The notes under the pieces are model-generated. The model saw only the letters and a list, made by a program, of their open reading frames with translations. It searched no databases and had not been told where the DNA came from. Position numbers and translations under genes: made by a program. Shown piece by piece: positions 53,851 through 63,891 of a stretch of 63,891 nt of DNA. How positions within the stretch are numbered: the first letter of the stretch is position 1; each line of letters starts with the position of its first letter. The stretch is from Pseudovirgaria hyperparasitica (Eukaryota). The DNA lies in NCBI GenBank assembly GCA_010093815.1, contig ML996568.1. The stretch is one strand, 5' to 3'.

Positions 53851-54786
53851 ATAATAATATTAGTGTTTAACTAGGAAGAACTATATATATAGCCATATAT
53901 ATGCTCCACAGGCTTAGGCCTCCTCTAGTATTGGCTGCTATGTATATAAGAAAACCTCCTGTGATTGGCTCCCTAACTAGACCCTGTTACTAACCTAACC
54001 TGGCCTAGTCTAAGTCCTTGAATCCCATTGGGTGACAAACTTACTTTCTTATCCTTATATTAGGCTTTTATTACTATATTGGTACCGGCTCTTAATAACG
54101 CCCTAACCAACTATAGTAGATATTACCTTTCTTGTGATTGGGCAGGTCGCTAGGCTAGGCCTAGTCTTTTATTCCTGTGTTACCGTGTTTTTCCTATCCA
54201 TGGGAATATAGCTTTGCGCCGGGTAGTAGTCATTGATTAAGATAACTAATACCGGAGGGGGTGTATATCTAATAGGTCCATGCCTTAGCACTAACCCTAG
54301 CTAGGCCGAATTCGGAAATTGTTCTTCGGGGCTATGTAATCGTCTATAGGTAGGCGGGATACTTAATTGGGTATTGCTGTCTATTTCGTGGTTGCCGAGC
54401 CGGAGTAAGCGCGAGCTAAGCCGGATTAGGGTGGACAAGGCCCCGGTATATGGTGAAAATTCTATGATTCGAGCTAAGCTAGTTGTGGGTCTAGCCGCTC
54501 TAGGCGTCGCTCTACCACTCAAGGTGGCTTGGCAGGTGGCTATATTAGGTAATTCTCATCATGTGATGACGGTATAGTCATTTTTCACATTACCTAATGG
54601 TCGCTCAGGACTAAGTAGTTATGTGACGGCAACCTTCACGTCACGTGCTCGCTTAGCCCCGCACACTTTTGATAGAGCGTGCGAAAACTAGTGTATGAAA
54701 AGGTGGCCGTTGTAGGATTCGAACCCACGACGTTGGATGACAAACGCTTCTAGTAACGTAGCATACTACCACTACGCCACCTGGCC
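53851..54786 (-). mobile_element. tRNA-derived SINE, 936 bp, with LINE-like 3' end
   Basis: ~18-bp TSD TATCTATTAACTATAATA (53833-53850 / 54787-54804). The head carries Pol III boxes A and B. The last ~100 nt resemble the LINE 3' ends, followed by a (TTA)n tail. Confidence 0.88.
54704..54786 (-). promoter_or_regulatory. tRNA-like SINE head with internal Pol III promoter (not a functional tRNA gene)
   Basis: GGCCAGG-TGGCGTAGTGG (box A) ... GTGGG-TTCGAAT-CCTAC (T arm, box B) -AACGGCCA. The long variable region is Leu/Ser-like, and only 4 of 7 acceptor-stem positions pair. Confidence 0.8.
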
Positions 54787-56294
54787 TATCTATTAACTAT
54801 AATAGTTCGACTAACTTTACTAAGATTATATAATAATCTATACTCCTTTACGAGAATCGACGAAATATAGTTATCTTCTATACTAGTATCTATAAGGGCC
54901 TATATAGTTTTATTACCATTTACTATAGATAATAATACTTTTAGTAATATTAGATCTTTACTCGCTAGAAGGCGCTATAGCTCCTCCTAAGTATATATAA
55001 TTTAGCTAAGAATATGGTTAGGTCTTATATACTAGCCTATTCTTTTTTTAGATTCTTATAGTTAGGTAAAATATATTCTATTTCTCTATACTTATAGTAA
55101 CGAAGTGCGCTATAATCCTACTATTTTATAATAGGTATTATATTTAAGCCTATGCCTTATTCTTTTCCGTGTTAAGAAGTACTACCCTAATTATTTTAGT
55201 ATCCTCTTAACACGTTTCTACCCCGATTTATACTCTTCTAGCGCTAATTACGGTAAGATTACTCTTAATCGAACGTATTTAATCGACCTCGTTTCTAACC
55301 TATATAGGGTTCGTTAGTTTTACCTAGAGAGCCATATTCCTTAAGGATATAGTAGTATTTATTAGCTTTCTCCTCTAATTTATATAGATAGTTAAAACTT
55401 AATAATACTATTTCTAGTCTTTTATAGATTAACGGAAGTAGTACTTTACGAAACTAGAATATATAAATATTTTTCTATAGCGTAGGGATATTATTCTATA
55501 GGTTTTAGAGGTATTATAGTAGTTAAGTAGATATCTAGTTTAGTCGTTATACTACGCTTCTTAACTTAGATAGTACCTTTCTTTTACGTTCTCTATCCGT
55601 TCTAAGAGTGTTTAGTATAAATATAGCTAAATATTTCTAGGTTATCATAGATAGTAGCTATACTTCCTTCTATCTATTCTATTAATTTTAGAATTATAAG
55701 TCTAGGTATTATTCTCCGAACGAAATATATTATACTTTAGTAGAAAAGAGTAGAGGGTTATTAAGGAAGTACTTTTTATAGTCTCTCTTCTAGTCTTTCT
55801 ACTTCTTTTAGTTCTTCTCTATAAATATAGTTAGGTCTTTAGATTTTAGTATACCTAGGAAAGAAGTAGAGTAAATTAGTAATAAAGCGGCCTAGTATAT
55901 AGTAGATTATTATAACTCTAATAGTAGGTAAACTAATTCCGCCTAAATTAGTATAGAAAGTCGTCTATCTACTATCGTTCGGCGTAGTTCTTTAAGAGAC
56001 TCCTTAAGTTCTTATTTCTTTATAAGGAGTTTCGCGCGTTCTATCTATTCTTTAAGAGTTTAAATCTCTTAAGCCTAATTCACGACGTATTCCTAAAGTT
56101 TAGTAATAGTTTATTATAATACCTTATGTAGCTCCGCCACGACTCGTTATCTAGCTTTATATTATTAGAAGTTACTTAGTATATCTACTATTTCTTTATC
56201 TAAAAGCTCTATGATTTAGTCTAATATCTCTACTTCTCGGTTAGAAATAGCTAGAATTAATACTAATTATAGAGGATCCCTATTATTTAATATA

Positions 56295-59200
56295 ATAATA
56301 ATAATAATAATATTATATAACTAGGTAGAGTAGTACTCTACAGGCCTATGCCTCCTCTAGTCTAAGCTATTATATAAGAAGAAACCCTATAGGGAAAAAC
56401 TTCCTTATATCTATAACTATATCTCGTTAAACCTCTATTTTATCTTAAGTATATAGCTATAGAGTACGCCTATTAGCCTATAGCCTATATTACCGTTATT
56501 TTACCCTTAGGTAGCACGTGTAGGTACGGAGGTTATTAGTTAAGGGCTACCCTTAACTAATAATCGGGGTTCTCCCGGGGTTCTTCCGGTATATATTAGG
56601 TTACTACTAGCGTATACCGGGTCTCTTCCGGTATATATTTCCGGGTCTACTAGAATTAGAGGAGTAGTAGATATATAATTATCTACTAGGCGACGTCCTT
56701 AGGGTACTTATTAAGCTATTATATAATATTAGAGATTCTTATTATATAGATAAGCTTCTACCTTTACGTGTAAAGATCGGGGTATATTATAAGATAGTAG
56801 CGTATTATACCTCTCTAGCCGCACGCCTTATACCATAGAGATATATTAGGGACGCCTCTCTTATAGAGGTAGTATAGAAGTTCTATAGCGCCCGTTCGGG
56901 CTTAGAGGAGTATAGATGCCTAGGCCTTTATAAGCTCTTTATATATCTATTTACTCGGCTCCTTCTATAGTCCTTAGATCTACTCTAGATATCTATTCTA
57001 CTAGAAGGCCTACTAGGCCTAGAGTATCTCTTTCTACTTATCTTAGATCTATAACTATATACTTCATCTAAGCTCTTAAAGGCTCTATTAGTCTAGAAGG
57101 GTATCTAGATTATCCTTAATCTCTTATACTACTTAGTTTAAGTCTATTTCTATTAGGTACTTATACCGTAGTCGAGTCCGGCCTATATATAAGAGTACTT
57201 AGTAGTATATACTAACTCGCGCGCGTAGCGCGGTAAAGGTATATTCTATATTTCCTATATATTCCTATGCTTATTATTTAGTAAAGTATACTACCCTCTA
57301 TATCTAGTAGAAGTTATATATACTTATAACGTCTATCTCGCGTCGTAGTAGCACCGTGTTAGTAGCTTTATATACGCCTAATATAAGACGGAGTATATAG
57401 TTCTATATGGATTCAAGCTTTATTCGCCTAGTCTATATAAGAGCTATATACTAGTACTCGTGTCCGTACGTGAAGGCGGGTCGTGCTATAGATATATATA
57501 GCTAGCGTGTCTTATCCCGGGCGGTTCCCTACGTAGAGGCTATAATCTATTATATAGCGGCTTCTATCTAGAGGGCTCTAGAAACGGTATATGCTATCTA
57601 TGGTCCCTATTTAAGCTTATTATCGATCATGACGCCAAGTACGCGTATACTTTATATCGGCGGTTCATTAAAGGCGTCTATTCTAGGGCGTTACTCGCCT
57701 TCCCTAGTAGCCTATTTTCTATAGCGGTTAATAAAGTATATAAGTTAGTACTTTTCGGGGGCGAACTTTACTCTATGGCGCTTTATCTATTAGATATATC
57801 TCCCGTGGTCTTATTTAAGTCGTCTATATATTTAGCTAGTATTATTATTAATAGCTAGAAGGTATATATCGTCTACGTACCCTACTACCTCTATACGTTA
57901 TATTCCCTAGAGAAGGTCTATAGTAAAGAAGAGAAATAGAATTAGGGAGATAGTACTTCCTTATAGAATGCCGTAAGCCGTCTTCTTATACTTACTTCGA
58001 TATCCGGGGATATATATCTAGGTAACTCTTTCGGCGAGGAAGGACTATATAAACTACGTAATCCACGCGGGTATACGCCTCTTCTATAAGTTATAGATAA
58101 GTCTTATATAGTTTACTTTATTAAATACGCCGGCTATATTAAGAGAGAGTAGTGTTACTATACGTCCCTACTTCTATATAGTCTAGACGACTTTAAGGAT
58201 ATATTAGATAGCGGTAATTAGGGAGCTTCTAGCCTTCGCCTTCTAGTTTACTAGAAGAAGGTTATATTTCTATACTACGGCGCTTATCTTCTTCGCGATT
58301 ATAGTCTCTAGTATCTTCCTAAGATAGAAGAGGAGGGCGATTAGTCTCTATCCTTTCGGGGAGTTAGAGTTCTTCCCTAGTTTTAGAAGTATAATAGTAT
58401 AGATAGCCCGGAAGCTTTAGAGGTAGTATCCGTTCTTAATATATACTTAAAATATATAACTAATAAGTAGTAGGGTAGCTAGTATAGTACGTTTAAGGCA
58501 TCTATTTAGTATTCTATCTAGTCCGGGTACCTTATTATTCGGGAGTACTTTAACGGCGTTAAGTATATCCTTCTTAGTAACCTCTTAGGGAATATCGATT
58601 ATATCTAGATATTTAGTATTATTAATATCTAATAGATCTACTAGCTCCGGGAGGGAGAATATAACTTTATATAAGATCTCCGTCTTCTCCGGGCTTATAG
58701 AGTATATTCTCTTTTAGTATATTAAAGGAGGTATTAGTAGCGGCGGTATCGGCGCGTCTACACCCTTAGCCTACTTTACTATACGCTATAGCCCTATAGC
58801 TTACCGTGTGTGTTTATTAGTAATTATATACTATTACTTTCGTCGTTTATTACGGAGGGCCCTATCACGATATTATACTACTTCCTTCTACTCTTCCCAC
58901 GCCTCGGTCGTCTAGATATAGTATATATATATATATAGTCTACGGGCGTCTCTTCTATACTCTCATATTTAAGATATACCCCTCGCTTCTAGGGGTCTAG
59001 GGGTCTATATATTCGGTATAGTACGTGTTTATCTCTTATAGCTTAGTATACTTAAAGGAGGACTTACACGGCCTTATCTATAGCTAGGCCGTTAGATACG
59101 TCGACTATAGAGGGGTCTAGAATCGCCGATTCTAGGTCCTCTAGGTATTTATCCTAATTAGTATCCTTCTATAGCTATTTTCTATATTATTCGTTAAGAG

Positions 59201-61615
59201 TAGAGACGTCTATTACGGTTTCTATATATTCGTGGTCGGAGTCCGTCTATATCCGGCTCGGGTAGTAGTACTATACTCTATGGCTAATATGCTCGGTGGT
59301 AAGGGTAAGGTCGAGTATAGACCCGTCCTTATCCTATTTATATTTCCTCTAGGTAATCTACCCTATAGATATAAGAAGGTATAGAAAGTCGTGGCACCGT
59401 GTATATAGTTCCCTTACTCTAAGTTCTTCTCTCGCGATGGCTAGGCCTCCCTACTATCTATAGTAGAGATTAAAGTCGCCTAGGAGGATGTATTATCCCG
59501 GTGTCGTAGTGCCCTCTAGTATATTATCTAGCGTAAGCGATCGCTATTAATTATAGATATTATAGATATAGATAGGCCCTATACTTATCTAGAGATATAG
59601 CGTTATCCGGAGGTTATTACGTTCGGTATAAGACTATTCTAAGAGCGGGATCGACTTATATATATAAAATATAACTCTCCTATCTAGGCCCGTAGGGTAG
59701 ATAGTATAGTATCCTAGGTGTGTTATTAGCTTATTAGTTTAGTAGTATTTATATAGTTCCTAGATAGCTATTATTACGGCTTCTATTTCTTCTAGGAGCG
59801 TCGCTTGGTTTTCTCGTTTATATTATACGTTCGCCTAATAATAATAAGTATATCTTATACCCTTATTAGGTACTAGGGAAAGTTCGAGTCTATATATTAG
59901 TAGCGCTAAGGCGTAATTATTCTCGCGCGGTAGCGGCTTTAAGTATACCCCGGGGTCGGCCTATCTTTCTCTATATAGTATACTATTACGCGTTATTCTC
60001 TCCCCTTCGGGGGGTGGTTACTAGATTTATAAGTAAAGTTAGGGATAGCGGCGAGGGTAGCGAGGGCCTTATAGCTTAGTATATCTACCTTACTCCTCTT
60101 ATCTTTATCGCGTTAATATATTCTATAACCTACTTACGTTTCGTACACGTTACTGACTAGGATAGGTGTTTCCCGTTATAGTTAGAGTACTTAGCGGTGT
60201 CCCTATCTCGCGTCTCGTCGCTCTACGTCTTATAAGGGCATGCCTTAGTATTATGGCCCTATTTATACCACCTATAGGCGGTCTTCTAAGAGTACCTCTG
60301 CCTAGTATACCTATATCCCTAATAGTTAAAGTATTATATTATTACCTATGCTCTATCCCATGGTTCCGCCGTAAGTAGCTCTCCTTTAGCTAGGAAGCCC
60401 TTCTACGTTATTCTATAGGCGAGAGCGGGGTCCCTAAGCTCTACTATTATAGTAGAGTACTTTTTCGATTTTATCTTAATCCCTTAGACATTCTTCTACC
60501 ACGCCTTTATAATCTTAATTCTAGGGTACTTTAGTTCGTTAGATTACTCTATTCGCTTAATATTATCTTCTCTAATAACGTGTCCTTAGATAGGGATAGT
60601 ATATATCTATATCGGGTACGTGGTTACGTAGACGGACGCGCTAGGGAAGATATCGTTAATCGCGTTTAGGTCGCGCGAGATAGTCTACTAGGCCGTATTA
60701 GTAGTAGTAGTTAGTACTATACCTCCTAGAGTAAGTTTAGTAGCTACTATATTTAACTATATCCCTTTCTATTTATTAATCTTATTTATAATATCCTTTA
60801 GGGACGCTTACTAGACTTATATAAGTACTTCTTTATCCTAGATAGCGACTTATATACTATATACCCCGTCTATAGATACCCTTAGTATTTTAGCTAATAT
60901 AGCTGTTCCATTTATAGGTGCGGCGACCTATGCCTACGTACTAGGGCGTTTTCCCTAGGTAAGGCCCTCCTAGATCCTCTATAGGCTGGCCTCTATATAA
61001 TCTAGTCTAGATTCTAGGTCTAATTCCGGCGCCTATTTTACTTCTATAGTAAGCTCCCTAATATTCTAGACGAGGTTCCGGAAGATACTAAGGAGGGCCG
61101 TTTCTCCCTTCTCGACTTCCCTCTCTATACGTACTATCTAGTAGTTAATCTTATCTAGGAGGGTCTCCCCGGGTAGGGTCCCCTCTATCTCTATTATCTA
61201 TAGTATTATACGCTCTTAGTTATTCGTCGTTTATTAGACGGGGGTTTAATTATTCTAGGATATACCGCTATATGGCCGTTTCTACCGTACTAGTATTAGG
61301 GGTATACCCGGTAGAAGCCGGGGTACGTTAGTACCTAAGGCCGCTATAATTATTAGTTAAGGGTAGCCCTTAACTAATAAAAGGGGGTCGGCGTATCGGC
61401 GTTTATTAGATATAGTCTATACTTATATTATCGAAGAGTCTTCGAGCGTATATATATAGTATCTCTATATATTAGTATCGTCGCGTATTATACGCTATAC
61501 GTACGCACGTATGTCGGAGGTTATTATACTCGGTGTACTCTATCGTTTAATGTATGTAAATCGCTGTTTTACCCCGAATTAACTAGTTTAGTCCGTTAGG
61601 GTGTAAGAAGTTTTT
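56295..61615 (-). mobile_element. Full-length Tad1-like LINE L3 (subfamily 2, sister of L2)
   Basis: 15-bp TSD CTATTATTTAATATA (56280-56294 / 61616-61630) and (AAT)n tail. It is the reverse complement of L2, differing mostly by C/T and G/A transitions. Confidence 0.92.
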
Positions 61616-61948
61616 CTATTATTTAATATAGTATTACTTATCCCTATAGTAGATTATATTAATCTTCTTAGTTCTAGTTAGACTATCTTAACTATAGTAC
61701 TATATAGGGAGTAATTCGAATATAAGAATAGAGTTATTAGATAGTAGTATAGTTAAATAGAATAATAGAGTGTATTCTATTATAGGACGAATTACTACTA
61801 AACCCTTTTAGTAGAAATCCGAGAGTATATATATAAAGAGACGCTAATCTATCTAGTACGTAACTATTTACCGCCCTTCACGCTACCTTCTAACTCTATT
61901 AGCTAAGGTATATACGGATCGGGTTATACCTAAGGCTAAGTCCTAATA

Positions 61949-62308
61949 AAGAAACCTTTATAAAAGAAAAAACTCCCTTCTCTCTATAATTATATCTTAT
62001 TAAACCTTTATATTATCTTAAGTATATAGCTATTAGAAATATCTATAGTCTATAATCTATAGTACTATTATTTTACCCTTAGATAGTATATATAGAGTAT
62101 AGGGGTTATTAGTTAAGGGTTACCCTTAACTAATAATTAGAGTTCTTCTAGGGTTCTTCTAGTATATACTAGAGTCTATCTAGTATATATCTAGTTACTT
62201 CTAGTATATATATCTAGATCTATTAGTATTAAGGAAGAGAGAGATATATAAGTATCTACTAGGTAATCTCCTTAGAGTACTTATTAAGCTACTATATAAT
62301 ATTAGAGG
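61949..62308 (-). mobile_element. 5'-truncated old LINE L0 (3' region), split by Gypsy C; its tail is the (AAT)n at 22014-22072
   Basis: Colinear with the L1 3' region (~31268-31626), including the palindrome at 62106-62136. It is flanked by ATATTTAATTAA at 62309-62320, which matches 21999-22010. Confidence 0.7.
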
Positions 62309-62320
62309 ATATTTAATTAA

Positions 62321-63055
62321 TACTCTAAGAGACTAAACTAGTTAACTTAGAGTAATATAATAATTTATATATATTAATTAATAGAGTATACTAAGTATAA
62401 TAACCTCTAATATATATATATATATATATATAGTATATAAGATATAATAATACTAATATATAGAGATACTATATATATATACTTAAAAACTCTTTAAAGA
62501 TATAAGTATAGACTACTACTACTAAATACTAATATACTAACTCCCTTTTATTAATTAAGGGTAGCCCTTAACTAATACTATAGAGGCCTTAGATACTAAT
62601 ATACCCTAGCTTCTACTAGGTATATCTCTAACTCTAGTATAGTAGAAATAGCTATATAGTAGAATATTCTAGAATAATTAAACCTCTATCTAAAAAGTAA
62701 TATATAATTAAGAATATAGAGTACTATAGATAAAGAAGAAAGAGGGGACCCTATCTAGAGATACCCTTCTAGATAAAATTAACTACTAGATAGTATATAT
62801 AGAGAGAGAGATTAAGAAAGGTAAGACTACTCTTCTTAGTATCTTCTAGAGCCTAGTCTAGAATATTAAGAAACTTATTATAGAAGTAAAATAAATACTA
62901 GAAATAAGTCTAGAATTAAGGTTAGACTAAATTAAGGCTAGCCTACTAAGAATCTAGAAAGGCCTTACCTAGAAAAAATATCTATCTATCTAGGCCTAGA
63001 TTATAGTACTACTAGATAGTATAACTAGAATAATCTAAATACTAAGAATATCTAT
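62321..63055 (+). mobile_element. 5' portion (5' UTR and ORF1 start) of an old, heavily RIPed LINE L4, interrupted by L5
   Basis: Colinear with L2 37436-38170, including the 5' palindrome at 62548-62577. Confidence 0.8.
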
Positions 63056-63527
63056 AATAATAATAATAATATTAGTAAACTAGGTAGAGTACCACTCTAT
63101 AGGCGTATACCTCCTCTAGTCTAAGCTACTATATAAGAAGAAACCTACGAATAGGAAAAACTCCCTTATATCCATGACTACGCTCTATCTATCCTCTTAT
63201 TCTTTATATATATATAGCCCTAGGGGCTACCTATAGGCCTATAGCCTATATTATAATAGTTTACCCTTAGATAGCACGTATAGGTGCGGAGATTATTAGT
63301 TAAGGGCTGCCCTTAACTAATAATCGCGGTTCTCCCGGGGTTCTTCCGACGTATACCGGGGTTCTTCTAGTATATATTAGGCTTCTTCCGGCATATATAC
63401 GCGGGTCTACTAGAACTAGAGGAGAGAAAGGTATATAAGTATCTATCGGGCGATATCCTTAGGGTACTTATTAAGCTATTGCGTAATGTTAGAGGTCCTT
63501 GTTATACGGACGAGGGCTTATCTTAGG
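63056..63527 (-). mobile_element. 3' end of LINE L5 (subfamily 1, near-identical to L1)
   Basis: (AAT)n tail followed by a near-identical match to 31182-31657. The match stops abruptly at 63527. Confidence 0.85.
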
Positions 63528-63891
63528 TCTCTAGTTCGGAGTTAGATAACTCCTATAGGTTCGACGTGCCCTATACCATTAGGCCCTACTCCTATTTTCG
63601 CCTTATCTTATCCCCTCTAGGCTTATACCTCCGGCTCTACTAGGAGAGGTAACCGAAGCCTCTCCTAGCTAGATAACTATAAGATTTACTCCTTAAACTT
63701 ATAATACTAGCGTATATACCTTATAGGCGACACGTTCTATCTCTTTATAACTCGATACACGTATCCGTTCTCTCGGGCTATATAGTAGTCTCTCTAGCTA
63801 GGACGTAATCCTATCTACTTCTAGATATACTAAGGGTTAGAGCCTATTAAAGGGGTAAGGTCCTTAGAGCTAGTAGTTACTACTATATACC
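63528..63891. repeat. Unidentified RIP-mutated repeat running off the window edge
   Basis: TpA-rich and CpA/TpG-poor, with no match I could see to other elements in the window. A 10-bp-stem hairpin lies at ~63640-63669. Confidence 0.45.

Larger units (their letters stand above)
22507..61948 (-). mobile_element. Ty3/Gypsy chromovirus copy C (host element, ~7.4 kb net, split into 8 pieces by 7 insertions); 5' LTR 61721-61948, 3' LTR probably in the gap
   Basis: Segments 22507-23542, 30929-31181, 36487-37419, 42732-43113, 50487-50992, 51574-53850, 54787-56294 and 61616-61948 are colinear with uninterrupted copy B. They join exactly once each TSD is removed. By eye it looks the most AT-rich of the three copies. 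Confidence 0.9.

Noticed and set aside
54301..54577. ORFs of 67-73 aa in the SINE body
   Set aside because: Short, overlapping on opposite strands, with no recognisable motif. They are expected by chance in less-RIPed DNA.
54704..54786. Functional tRNA gene
   Set aside because: The acceptor stem is broken and the anticodon loop is irregular. It forms the 5' end of a TSD-bounded, tailed element, so it is a SINE head.
26696..60378. Short ORF-track entries in the AT-rich island as independent genes
   Set aside because: They are stop-free fragments of RIPed integrase (28310, 46206), antisense shadows of RNase H or LINE ORF1, or low-complexity K-rich frames (29004). Only the part of 30866-31087 outside the LTR is used, as part of the antisense gene model.
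31422..63325. CRISPR-like array from the recurring palindrome
   Set aside because: The context is eukaryotic, the copies are kilobases apart at fixed LINE positions, and there are no spacers or cas genes.

Overview
Filamentous ascomycete (Pezizomycotina) DNA with a sharp two-compartment structure. Bases 1 to ~21.8 kb are GC-balanced and contain intron-bearing genes: a partial SNF2 (Rad5/Rad16-like) helicase, two Zn2Cys6 transcription factors, a KRE6/SKN1-like GH16 protein, thiamine pyrophosphokinase (THI80) and an MDR-family dehydrogenase ending in SKL. A small RIP-mutated TIR element also lies in this part. From ~21.8 kb to the end is an AT-rich island of RIP-mutated transposons that I resolved by hand from target-site duplications (TSDs). 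A 5'-truncated LINE was invaded by a ~7.4 kb chromodomain Ty3/Gypsy element (copy C, <22507-61948). Copy C then received seven separate insertions: two more copies of the same Gypsy, three full-length Tad1-like LINEs, a 581-bp self-priming TRIM and a 936-bp tRNA-headed SINE with a LINE-like tail. The most unusual signals are a probable spliced antisense gene inside the Gypsy family, a 14-16 bp-stem palindrome bracketing the LINE coding region at both the ORF1 start and the ORF2 stop, and the SINE and TRIM. All calls were made by eye; no database searches were run.
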